From Trypanosoma brucei (lineage: Eukaryota), in the NCBI GenBank assembly GCA_000002445.1, contig CM000207.1:288001-352000 (forward strand): a stretch of 64,000 bases of DNA. Direction: 5' to 3'. Positions within the stretch are counted from its first letter, which is position 1. Each line of letters begins with the position of its first letter. Made by a program: the position numbers and the translations under genes. The notes below the pieces were generated by a model that was given only the letters and a program-made list of their open reading frames with translations, was not told the DNA's origin and did no database searches. Below, in pieces: positions 44,396-54,651 of the stretch.

Positions 44396-45855
44396 TTTTT
44401 ATCGTGTTGGCTACGTGGGGCCCAAATTACGCCACGCAGGCCGTACAGGTGCCTCAGTATAACTAATCTTCACGCACCTGAACAATGAAACCAAAAATAA
44501 TAAAAAGAAAACGAAAACCGGAAACACCGACAAAGCAAAAAAACAAACAAACAAACCATTCAACAGAAAAATAAAGTCAGCAACATGAGGGAAAGGGGGA
44601 AAAAAGAATACTTACATCAATGACACTAACAGCGGTAGCAACAGCCGCTGGTGCAAATAATGAGGCATAAAGTAATTGCACCACGGCAGAAAAACACCAA
44701 AGCCAACTTATTCAACTGGATGCGTGCAAGTGTAGCAAATGATACCTCACTCAAACGCCTGTCCGTCGCCTTCGGCCTCGAGCAGCGGTACGATTTCCTG
44801 TAGTTGCTGCAATATTGACGCCGCCAGTGATACCGGTTGTGGTTTCATTGAACACAACGCCATGCAAATTTCCCACCACATGTTTTCCTTTTGTGCTGAC
44901 AAAATCCAACGGCTGTGCTAAACCAATACTTGCGCTTCGCAGCATTCGTGGGTTAAATGTATTGGCATCAGCTTCCATACTAAAGAGTAACTTGCTTAAA
45001 AGATGAAGTAGCATAAGGTGATGTGAGATATAAACAGCGGAGAGGGAAAGGAGTAATAACTCACGCGAGCAGAAAATAAAGTGCTGAAAGACACGGCAAC
45101 AACAGGTTAAGAAGAACGAATTAAGATGCGTATGTAAACGGTAGTTGCTGAGCGCGTTTGCACAGACGGAGTCGCAGCGACATGAACCGAAGTCCTGCCG
45201 TTTCCAACTACGTCATAGAGTCGGTGCGGAAGCAATTCCTCGTTCGTGTTAAAAGAACAACAACAAAAAAAAGAACCGAGGGTATCGAAATCAACTCCAA
45301 ACTTGATAATTCCAACAACATTCTGCGATCATACATACATTAACCAACTCTTGTATTGTATGGGGTGGGGGAGGGCATACCTGGCGCAGCTTATGCTCAT
45401 GACGAAACTTAAAGTGAAGAGTTATTTCTTAACTTAGTGTTCGCAGTACCGGACATCACACATTGGGATATGGTGGAGCCAACAAACATAAAGTGGATTT
45501 AGTATGCTCTAAAGTGGCATATTTCTCTATCTTCGAACAATAACAACTACATGTGGTAACTTGAAATGAACGAAACTTGGTGAAGAAATAAAAAGTACAT
45601 AAACGATGAAATTCTCCTTGTTAGCAAAAGAAAAAGGGTGCAGAGGATTATTAGACAATTTCAAGAGTTTGCAGAACAGGGTTCAATAATTTGCTTACAA
45701 TAGTTATAATTACGATTACGGTTAGTCAACGTCTTTTTTCTTTTCGCCATACGGTACGCACAAGCAAGCACCTCACAATGCACATCATTCACCTTTAACT
45801 CCATCCACTAACGAAACTAAGAAACATTTCTTGCTCTCATGAAATTTGAGTACCC

Positions 45856-47139
45856 TCATCGAGGAATGTCACCCCTCTGACGAACCTCAATGGGATAACT
45901 CTGTACGGAGGGATAATCGTATAACATCTTATGGTCCTCAAGTTTTGTCTTTCCGCTCCAGAGATCCACAGAACTAGGATCAATACCCTTCTCAGCTGCA
46001 AGCTCATTTTTCAGCTCCCACACATGCTTCATGGGGTCAACCATTTTTCGATACGCGTTGGGGTAAGGGTCATGAGCAATTCCCGACTCTGTAGTATTGT
46101 TTTGCTGTTGGTACTGCCTCTGGTTGGTGTGGGAATTATTCGATGGCATTCGGGGTTGGTGTTTATTCATTTCCAAATCAAGGGGTTTCTTACTTGTAGA
46201 GCCCGCTTGAATACCTGGTGGAATCCTTCCTGACAGCACATCCCTATACCTCTGCCGTAGTGACTGAGCGTCGAGGCAGTCAGAGAAATTCACACCCTTT
46301 TCGTACAATTCCTTTGTAATATCAGTTATTTTCATCGTATCCGCTGGACTCTCCTGGGGTTCTACCTCCACTTCAATTGTTTCCACCTCAATCTCCTCCA
46401 CGCATTTCCCCTGCGTCTCATGATTCCTCGAAGCCATATCCTCAGTAGGCATTACACGCTCCGCTTCAACCTTTTCAACTGCAGGAGCGCCGCCACTCAA
46501 CACCTCAACAATTTTGGGTGGCTCCACATCAAAGTCACTCCCCTCACCACGCGTTTCATCCTTTTCCGATTCCATAACTGGTGTTTCTGTAGAGCACGGA
46601 GGAGAGGCAAATGAAGCAGGTTTTGTTGCTGCTTCCGTCCCCCATATGAGGCGAAGAAGGGCATCGGCTTCTGCTTGAATGGAACGGGCCTCGTTTTGAA
46701 GATTCGTTAAGCGAGACGTGTACGCTTTTAGGGAGGCGGAGAGGGTAGTGCATTTTCCTTTAAAAGATTCGTCGTCGATATTAGCGCGTTTGAGACCTTC
46801 TTGAAGTGAACGCATTGCGGTGCGGGAGGCATCATTCATATCCGCCAAATCAAGTCCTTGTCCTTTGCATTCCTCCTTGAGAGCTCCAAGTTGCTTCGTT
46901 AGAGTGTCACGCGCTTCGCTCGCAAGGTTCAGTAATCGCAGACTACAGCAATAACTGCGGAGGGCATCGCCGCGCTTGAGCCTCCGGAATAACATTGGAC
47001 CGTCTAATGTGTGGTGAAGCCACCAAATCTCAGTTGCTAGTCCACGGAAATATACCTTTCCAAGTGGAGGTAATTCTGTTTTCAGTGTCTCACAAGAAGT
47101 GGATAGGCAGGGGGAAAAAAAAGGTCTCACTAATGACAT
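45856..47139 (-). CDS. Hypothetical protein (427 aa) with coiled-coil N-terminal half and C-terminal ubiquitin-like domain
   Basis: The C-terminus VWELKNELAAEKGIDPSSVDLWSGKTKLEDHKMLYDY has a ubiquitin-fold-like pattern. The middle of the protein is an acidic low-complexity region. Confidence 0.55.
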   Translation of the reverse strand: MSLVRPFFSPCLSTSCETLKTELPPLGKVYFRGLATEIWWLHHTLDGPMLFRRLKRGDALRSYCCSLRLLNLASEARDTLTKQLGALKEECKGQGLDLADMNDASRTAMRSLQEGLKRANIDDESFKGKCTTLSASLKAYTSRLTNLQNEARSIQAEADALLRLIWGTEAATKPASFASPPCSTETPVMESEKDETRGEGSDFDVEPPKIVEVLSGGAPAVEKVEAERVMPTEDMASRNHETQGKCVEEIEVETIEVEVEPQESPADTMKITDITKELYEKGVNFSDCLDAQSLRQRYRDVLSGRIPPGIQAGSTSKKPLDLEMNKHQPRMPSNNSHTNQRQYQQQNNTTESGIAHDPYPNAYRKMVDPMKHVWELKNELAAEKGIDPSSVDLWSGKTKLEDHKMLYDYPSVQSYPIEVRQRGDIPR

Positions 47140-47470
47140 AAAATGTTCCCCCCCCCCGCATTAATGGAAGTGAAGAAGGAAATACGCACGATGAATCGGA
47201 TAAAGTATTGCCATAACGCACTACAAACCGGAGGGAGGAGAAGGGTAAACCAGCATCACCTTAGGAAGGCAATTAGGTCCCCACTTTACCACTTACACTC
47301 AATTTTAACACCGTGATTATTGTCTCACGTTTTTAAATACCGACTATATTCTCAAGGAAGAGAAAATAATGGAACGGCACATGCTAATCTCGGGGAAGAG
47401 GCATCCTGAACCGGCAAATCACACATCCCCTTGCTCAGTTGAGTACTGATGTCAACACCGGCTTCTCCAA

Positions 47471-47719
47471 TCAAGCAATCACAACATCACGCACGCCATT
47501 GAGTGCGTTGCATCGCAAAAGAAAAGCATGGCGTTCCTCCTCATTGCAAATAATACGCACCGTTAACGAACACGTGGGACATTCCGCAACAACTGAGCCC
47601 TTCGCGAACTCACTTAGGGAGAGTTCAAATAGATCACCGCAAGGACATGGGTAACGCAACTTGCCGTCCTCCAGTAACATGTCGGAGAGGGCAACTTCTT
47701 CATAAGGTGCGGCGTGCAT
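47471..47719 (-). CDS. DPH3: DPH3/KTI11-like CSL zinc-finger protein (diphthamide biosynthesis protein 3)
   Basis: The protein reads MHAAPYEEVALSDMLLEDGKLRYPCPCGDLFELSLSEFAKGSVVAECPTCSLTVRI, which matches the CSL-type YPCPCGD...CPSCSL signature. The ORF track extends to 47818 through an unlikely N-terminal extension. Confidence 0.7.
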   Translation of the reverse strand: MHAAPYEEVALSDMLLEDGKLRYPCPCGDLFELSLSEFAKGSVVAECPTCSLTVRIICNEEERHAFLLRCNALNGVRDVVIA

Positions 47720-48100
47720 CTTCTTATTCCCACTTATCCTGCTTTGGAAACCGTTAAGGCAACTTTCTTCTTCCCTCCTGTGTACAACTGTATGCGAATG
47801 ATTGCCAGGTACACACACGCACCACTTTTCCCCCTTTGAGAAAAAAGTTTTCTTTTTGAAAGGGAGGGGAAATAGAGAGGAGTGTAGAGGTCAAAGAAAG
47901 AAGCAAGCAAAAAATAAAATAAAATAAAATGGAACGGAAGCGATTAACCAACCGTCGAGAGAAACCAAGCTGCATCCAGAATATCAACTTCTTTATCGTA
48001 GTTTGCCTCCCTTTCCTTCCCTGGTTTATTTACGCCTTTGTAGACCAAAATACACGGTGGGTTACGAGAAACGGGTTATCGTTAAAGAAACAAAATTCCA

Positions 48101-49477
48101 TTAGTTCCTGTACGCCGTTTCCATCTTGATCTTAGGATCGACTTCTAGTTGCTGGGCACTATATGACCAGTTAGCCAACCAACGCTGAAACCACACCAAA
48201 CTTAGCGAGGGAATCACACTCAACATTCCGTTACGCAGCCACGTATGTGAGAGTGAAGTGAAGCGACGAGCCCTCCGCGACTGACGAATATACCCCTCAA
48301 TGCGGTCACGCCGCACTGTTTCGAATTGCCTAAATGCGTACTCAAACCCTGCGTCATTGCATAAAGGTACGTCAACCAGAGAGGTTGATAACAAAGCGGC
48401 GTCCTCCACACAGAGAGAGGCATCTTGTGCCAAGAAGGAAGGCAATGAGGCATGAGCTGCCTCGCCAATAAGAACAGCACGTTTGTTGTACCACCGTGGC
48501 ATCACAGGTACTTCCACAAGCTCGGAAGGTATCGCCAATTCTGCACGAGAAAGTGTATTCGTTATATCACCACCAAAGGATGCGAATTCCCGCCGCAACA
48601 AACTGCGGTAAACCTCTCGTAATTCAATGGGGTCCATCTCTTTGCTCACATCAACAATTTCTGTTGGAGGGTCATACAGCGTGGCTGAGAAGGCAAAGTG
48701 TCTCCTTCCATCCCACTGAAGAGGAATGCAAGACAATACGCGCCTCTTCCCCCAAACCTCAGCGGGAGACTCACCTGTAGGCCACGGCTCGTCGCCAAGT
48801 TCCACATACCCGTCCACTTGTGTCATCCCCAGTGTTCGACAGCTCGTGCCAATGTACTCATCTGGGTAAAGTAACTTACGAACTGTACTGTGTCCACCGT
48901 CGGCTCCAACAACCACGTCACCCCACTCGGTTTGCCCATTATCAAGTACTACGTGTACGCCGCCCTTAATGCCATCATGTGGTCTCAGATCCACTACATT
49001 GGCATTGAAGCGTATTTCCTGCACGTATTTGCGTAAAATACTTCGAAGATAATCCGCACTAAACGTTGTACGTAGTGGTACACAGCCAAGATCCTGTTTT
49101 AGTTCCTCAGCTAAGCGACGTGATACGGTTGAATCGCTGTTAGCTGGTGGGGCCGTACTAAGTGGCACACAGTCCTCTTGACCAAGCGCCTGTAGTTGCA
49201 CCACCCTATTTCGTACCCTCAAAAGCCATTGCAAGCGCTCGTTCTGTATACCGAAGTGGCTCTCGGAAATTGCATCACCAGTGTAGAATCCGTCATCCAA
49301 CTCGAATGCTTTAAAGCAACTGAGTGCGTTAGCATAAAGTGTATAAGGTGGCTGGTACGTCGCCCGTAAAAACGGCGACTGCTCAAGCACTACACAATCG
49401 ATATTGATACGGCGCAGGAAAGCTGCGAGCGATAAACCAGATAAACCTGCACCAACGATGACAACACGCATAGCCAC
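48101..49477 (-). CDS. FAD-dependent aromatic-ring monooxygenase-family protein (458 aa)
   Basis: An N-terminal Rossmann VVIVGAGLSGLSLA (GxGxxG), the motif VVGADGGHSTVRKLL (DG...S.vR) and the C-terminal IGEAAHASLP (GDAAH-like) are present. Confidence 0.75.
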   Translation of the reverse strand: MAMRVVIVGAGLSGLSLAAFLRRINIDCVVLEQSPFLRATYQPPYTLYANALSCFKAFELDDGFYTGDAISESHFGIQNERLQWLLRVRNRVVQLQALGQEDCVPLSTAPPANSDSTVSRRLAEELKQDLGCVPLRTTFSADYLRSILRKYVQEIRFNANVVDLRPHDGIKGGVHVVLDNGQTEWGDVVVGADGGHSTVRKLLYPDEYIGTSCRTLGMTQVDGYVELGDEPWPTGESPAEVWGKRRVLSCIPLQWDGRRHFAFSATLYDPPTEIVDVSKEMDPIELREVYRSLLRREFASFGGDITNTLSRAELAIPSELVEVPVMPRWYNKRAVLIGEAAHASLPSFLAQDASLCVEDAALLSTSLVDVPLCNDAGFEYAFRQFETVRRDRIEGYIRQSRRARRFTSLSHTWLRNGMLSVIPSLSLVWFQRWLANWSYSAQQLEVDPKIKMETAYRN

Positions 49478-49773
49478 CCTCTTCCGTCAAAACTTAGAGA
49501 TGAACAGCAGTATAGTGAGGAAGAGAGGAGGTGCGTAAGCAGTGCATACATTAATTTTCATTATTGGGTAGAATCAAAAGTGCCACCACAGCTCCACAGA
49601 TGACCAGAATGTGCTTAATATAACCCCTTCACATAGGGAGAATATACCTACCACAATCTCAGTTGAGGTGTCACTCTTTAAAGTAAATGGCGCAGAAGTT
49701 ACCGCAGGGGGCACAAGGTTCTCAACAACCGGATGCAGATTTCTCCAGCGCCCTCTTCCTCACGTACAGTTCA

Positions 49774-51867
49774 TCACTCCTCCCATAATCCACCACTGTA
49801 GAAGGCACCCGCTTCACTCATTGTATGCTTATCTGGTGCCTCATCAACTTTACTGTCAGCCAGCTCCGCCTCTACCTCAGTCACTTCTACCGTCTCCGCA
49901 GGTTTTGCTTCCTCACACACGTCAACATCACTCGCTTTATCAAGACCTTCACACACTTCGTCCGCGACATTAATTGCCGTCTCACAATTATCAGCGTCAC
50001 CGGAAAGTTCTGCCTGTGTGGACTCTTGCTGTGCCCCCGCCTCAGCCCTATTGCTCCCCTGCTGCACCCCGCAACACCCTTGTTGCGACTCACGCACCAA
50101 ACTGCAGCTTTCCATTACCTTTCTCGCGAGCACAATTCCCGTGGCAAGTGAAGAGCGCTCGTCACTTAAAGACTCGGAAACAGGAAGGGTCAATTGTATG
50201 CCTGGGTTCCCTATCAACGCAATGGAGGCGCTGTTACCGTCCAGGCTGATCAGTTTCCATCCAAAAAGTTGACACAGCGAGCTGCTCCTTTGCATGGTTT
50301 CCTGAAGCAGGGACCTCCGTACCTCCTCCAAAAGCGAGTTAAACACGGCACTGTCCTGCGGTCTGTCAATCGAACGCACAGCCAATTCATACCGTCTCTT
50401 CCATTCCAATACTTCGCTTTTATAACTCTCTGCTGCACGGCGTAGAGACGCCACTTGTTCATCCGCCTGTAACTGCCTCGCCAATAGAGTTTTAAAGCCT
50501 TCGTCAGACGTTCTCTGTCTCTTACGCTCCGGGCCTGTTTCCGAAACACTGTGATAAAATAGTCCCTGCCCCTCTGCATGCCTTTGGTGCTCGTCACGAA
50601 GTCGCTTCAGTTCTCGACTCAACTCCGACAGTTTTTCGACGTCCCGGGCCAGCGTTTCAATTGTAGACCCGTCGCCGCCCGCACAGTTACGATTTATTTC
50701 ACGGGAAAGAAGTAACTCACGCCCCTCAGCAACTACCAGGCGCTGATTGAAGCATTCTTCCTGCGTGATGAGGTACGCCCTGAGGGCTTCCGCACTACTT
50801 ACAACATTTTGCCTTCGTTCGCTTCGAAGAGCCAACAACTCATTGTAGAGAGGAATAATACTATCCACACCTTCTTTGTTCAGCACCAACCGCACCTCTG
50901 CCGTGCTATCCTGTAGTTTGCATAACTCTTCCTTAATATTACCAACCGCCTCTGTTTCGCATTGCAACGGTTCTGGCGCTAGGGACAAAGGTCTACCGGA
51001 AGGAGCTCTGTAGGTAGTATCCGCCTCTGAAGAAGTTGGTGTTGCAACAAATGCAGTGTTCAACCCGATTTTAGCACCTGTTAGATCTAGTTCACTGAAA
51101 ACCTGGCGCGTCCTCTCCATGGAATGTTGGATTGCGCCGAGCCACTCCGGTTCGTCATCCATGTAAGCGGCTGCAGAAGAGTCCGTCAATGCTTCCTTCA
51201 CGTGCCCTGAAGGCGGTGGGCGCCTGGCCAATTCCAAGAGTCGTTGTGACAGGTTCAGAAGTGTGAGGTTGCCAGAAGAAGTTATTTGTCCCTCAACATC
51301 GTTACAAGCGCCTTGTGAAAGTTTGTTTTGGTAAGTCGAACCAGTAACTGAGTGGAAGAGCTCGGCGACAACGCCGGTCAACCGTCCAATTGCATCCGAT
51401 TCCAAAATTTCCTCGGTGTTCGTGCCCGTGTCAATTTGCATACGCGATGCCTGTGCGAAGCTACAAGCGTTAGCATCTGAAGTTCGAGTTAAGCCAGCCT
51501 GGTTTCCTACTATATCCGCACCACTGCCCGCTGTGGATGAATAGGAAGAGTCACGTGGTGATGACGAGGAATGCGAATCTTCTATCACGTATACGTCACT
51601 GCTATTGCTGGACATCGACCTAACTTTCTCCTTCCCTTTTCTAATTGTAAATTTCTTCACACACATTTTTTTTTTACAATAGAAGGGAATGCAGCAACAA
51701 AATCTGGAAGTGGTTGACAAGACCCTCAAACAAGCAGGAAAACAAGACATGTTTTCAGAAAGGGAAATCGTTTCGTTCTGCTGTGAGGTGGAAGGGGAAC
51801 TGTACGCGTAAAATATATAAATAATAGCCAAACATTCACAAACTTTGCCGTCACTACCATACACCAC
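49774..51867 (-). CDS. Hypothetical protein (697 aa) with coiled-coil regions
   Basis: Long ORF in line with the surrounding unit. No recognisable catalytic motif. Confidence 0.55.
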   Translation of the reverse strand: MVYGSDGKVCECLAIIYIFYAYSSPSTSQQNETISLSENMSCFPACLRVLSTTSRFCCCIPFYCKKKMCVKKFTIRKGKEKVRSMSSNSSDVYVIEDSHSSSSPRDSSYSSTAGSGADIVGNQAGLTRTSDANACSFAQASRMQIDTGTNTEEILESDAIGRLTGVVAELFHSVTGSTYQNKLSQGACNDVEGQITSSGNLTLLNLSQRLLELARRPPPSGHVKEALTDSSAAAYMDDEPEWLGAIQHSMERTRQVFSELDLTGAKIGLNTAFVATPTSSEADTTYRAPSGRPLSLAPEPLQCETEAVGNIKEELCKLQDSTAEVRLVLNKEGVDSIIPLYNELLALRSERRQNVVSSAEALRAYLITQEECFNQRLVVAEGRELLLSREINRNCAGGDGSTIETLARDVEKLSELSRELKRLRDEHQRHAEGQGLFYHSVSETGPERKRQRTSDEGFKTLLARQLQADEQVASLRRAAESYKSEVLEWKRRYELAVRSIDRPQDSAVFNSLLEEVRRSLLQETMQRSSSLCQLFGWKLISLDGNSASIALIGNPGIQLTLPVSESLSDERSSLATGIVLARKVMESCSLVRESQQGCCGVQQGSNRAEAGAQQESTQAELSGDADNCETAINVADEVCEGLDKASDVDVCEEAKPAETVEVTEVEAELADSKVDEAPDKHTMSEAGAFYSGGLWEE

Positions 51868-52113
51868 TCATTAGAACCACTTCCGTTCACTTCAAGGATG
51901 TCCACTGAAGTGAACTGCACAAACTCATCCCGTAAATAGCACTAAAGCCTTCCTTACCCGTTGTGTGACAACGAAACACAACCCGTCACATTCCCATCGT
52001 CGGGTTTGCCATACAATTTTATTCTCAAAAATATCCAACAGAGACACAAGCAGGCAACATCAAATCAATCGCTGCGCGCAAAACGAAACGCGTGATATGC
52101 GTTCTTGCAAATG

Positions 52114-53040
52114 TTATGGTGGGGCATGAGACTGAGAAACGTCACCAACATGCAACTTATCATCAACACCTGAAATTCCTTGCGCCGTGCTACACCTAAA
52201 CTCACTTTGCTCATTTAGAAGCTGCATAACACGCTCCCACCGTTTTCTGTTTTCATCTGCTTGAGACCGCAGACCGGAAGATCCCAACTCTGTTATCACT
52301 TCATCTCCCCCGTCACCGCGTCCCAGCTTATGGGACAGCGATTGATCGAACGGCCGCTGCAGATCGGATTGCCGAACAATAAACTGCTGGTGCGTTTCAC
52401 TGATATTCCATGGAGGGCTGTGATGGACCTTATTACCTTCATGCGTTCCATGAACATCTACCAACTGCGCCGATGACTGAGCGTGCCATTTAACCACACG
52501 CCGTTTGTCCCTTTCCACATCTTCAAGAGTTATATTATCCCAACGACTGTCACGAGCACGTTGTAAAACCACCTTCAACTCTTCGAACGGATCGCATGGC
52601 ACCACCTCTCGGGTCCGCCACACGTACAGCGCTTTCGCATCATCGTAGTGGGCAGTGGCACTGAATTTTACATAACACCCCGGTGACACTTTCAAAGTAT
52701 TGGATGATTTCTCCTTTCTGCAAACATCGCTCACTTGCGGACCAGTCCCGCCAGACGAAGTCAATGGGAACCAAACGCTCACACATTCCTCGTTGGAGGG
52801 AGAGAGGGGCGCAGCCGCGTCCATGGGCAGTTGAGATGTCCCTGATTTATCGGTGAAGGAGGCTCGAAACCACGAGGCTGGTGGGGATAACATCAACAGA
52901 AAACCATAGCCGCGCTGCGGGAAAACCTTTTCTACAACTCCAATGGCCTGCAGTGGTTGTAAACTGTGAAGGTGACCCACATGACGGAAGAAACATCTCC
53001 CAACGTTCGTAAGCCCCCTTTTAATCCACCGCTGAGTCAT
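52114..53040 (-). CDS. Hypothetical protein (308 aa), possibly with an N-terminal cold-shock-like fold
   Basis: GVVEKVFPQRGYGFLLM resembles a cold-shock-domain G.V.wf...GfGFI pattern. The match is weak. Confidence 0.45.
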   Translation of the reverse strand: MTQRWIKRGLTNVGRCFFRHVGHLHSLQPLQAIGVVEKVFPQRGYGFLLMLSPPASWFRASFTDKSGTSQLPMDAAAPLSPSNEECVSVWFPLTSSGGTGPQVSDVCRKEKSSNTLKVSPGCYVKFSATAHYDDAKALYVWRTREVVPCDPFEELKVVLQRARDSRWDNITLEDVERDKRRVVKWHAQSSAQLVDVHGTHEGNKVHHSPPWNISETHQQFIVRQSDLQRPFDQSLSHKLGRGDGGDEVITELGSSGLRSQADENRKRWERVMQLLNEQSEFRCSTAQGISGVDDKLHVGDVSQSHAPP

Positions 53041-53336
53041 TTCTGCCTAACTGTTGGTACACACATGCAATAAAACGGCAGACGTAGTGGGACAAGACGT
53101 CACGATATTAAGTAGTTAAATAACAGCAGCTACCGTCGAAAGCACTATCTGGCACTTTCACGCGATAACGCTCAAAGCGGAGGAGCCAGTGACAATTTTC
53201 CTGAAATAATACGTGGTAGAACCCACTGCAACAAGTCCAAATCACAATCTTAAGCATATATATATATATATATATATTTACTGGAAAACGACAAATCTGA
53301 TATCAATTATAACTTTAGTCGGCAAGAAAATATCGA

Positions 53337-53714
53337 TCACACGGCATCCAACCGCAACCACGAGCAGCAGCCAAGGCGACTTTTTTGTTGAGCCGCTGCT
53401 CCATCAAAGTATCCCGCGTAAAGACTTTTCACCTCTTGGCAAGATGTGTTAACCTCGGCTTCAGTTACAACATATCTCCCTAGTAAACGAAATATATCGG
53501 CATCAACAGAGGCTTGATCAGCATCTAAAGATCGTAATATGCAGTACGTCAGTGCTTTCTCCTGCAAAGCATTTGAGAAGTAATGAGGTAAGCCACACAT
53601 CCCTCCATCAACAACTAATAAATCATGTGGGATTTTCTTCAGAGGCAGTGATGCGGAATATGGCGCATGCGACGGCAACTCTTTAGTGGCCCCAAGACAA
53701 ACCATTCCCATCAC
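53337..53714 (-). CDS. Hypothetical small protein (125 aa)
   Basis: ORF on the same strand as the surrounding unit. No motif recognised. It could be non-coding. Confidence 0.3.
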   Translation of the reverse strand: MMGMVCLGATKELPSHAPYSASLPLKKIPHDLLVVDGGMCGLPHYFSNALQEKALTYCILRSLDADQASVDADIFRLLGRYVVTEAEVNTSCQEVKSLYAGYFDGAAAQQKSRLGCCSWLRLDAV

Positions 53715-54197
53715 TAAACTTCTACGACCTACGACGTAAAGTCGAAAAAATTATGATATTTACAATAACCAGAGAAAACAGTTATTTTCCACTTGAACAA
53801 ATGTTCCCCTCAACAAACCAAAGTCGCAAACAACAATAAACATACCATTATAAACAATTATAGAAAGCTACAAACTCACAAAATAATAATAATAATAACA
53901 ATAGTAATAATAATAATTATTATTATTATAGTTACGTCGCGCATTTTATATACTAGCACAAACAATTACGGTATCTCGTGCATGAGTAGGTAGAAACTTT
54001 ATGAGAGCGATGGGGAACTAATGCAATTCTTAGTGGATGTTAAGGCAAATACCGCAGAAATCAGCAACCTCAGCCATGCCATCATATTTCCCGCTGCGCA
54101 ACAGTCGAAATAAGAGAAGATAAGCATATAATGATTGTATGATATCATATGAAACACACAATGAGAAACACAGGATAACACACTACACAACTGCAAT

Positions 54198-54228
<31 letters not shown>

Positions 54229-54651
54229 CATTTCCTTATGCAAAAAATAAAATATCATGCACTAAACGAACATAGCATATAAATTGTACCTATATTAGAC
54301 TAATAGGAGGTATGCAACGTCAGAAACCCACTGCAAGCGCACAACTATACATAAGTGGTGTCAAAGATGGCAAACATGAAAAGAGAAGAAATGTGTGAGG
54401 AAGAAGGATATCAAGTTAGTGGACAATATCAAAGGTAAACACAGCACAAAGTAGCCATACCCACAACAACCACAACACAAGACTGAATTACAAAAACAAA
54501 AGCATAAAATTTTAGCCACAGGGTGCGCGGCGGTAATAATCATTTGAGGTTTAGGTTGAAACTTGCTCAACCACTTACCCCACAGATACCAGTTGTACAT
54601 GTATGCTACATTCCCCGTCCCCGAAACTAAAGCGCGCAACGAAGAAAGACA

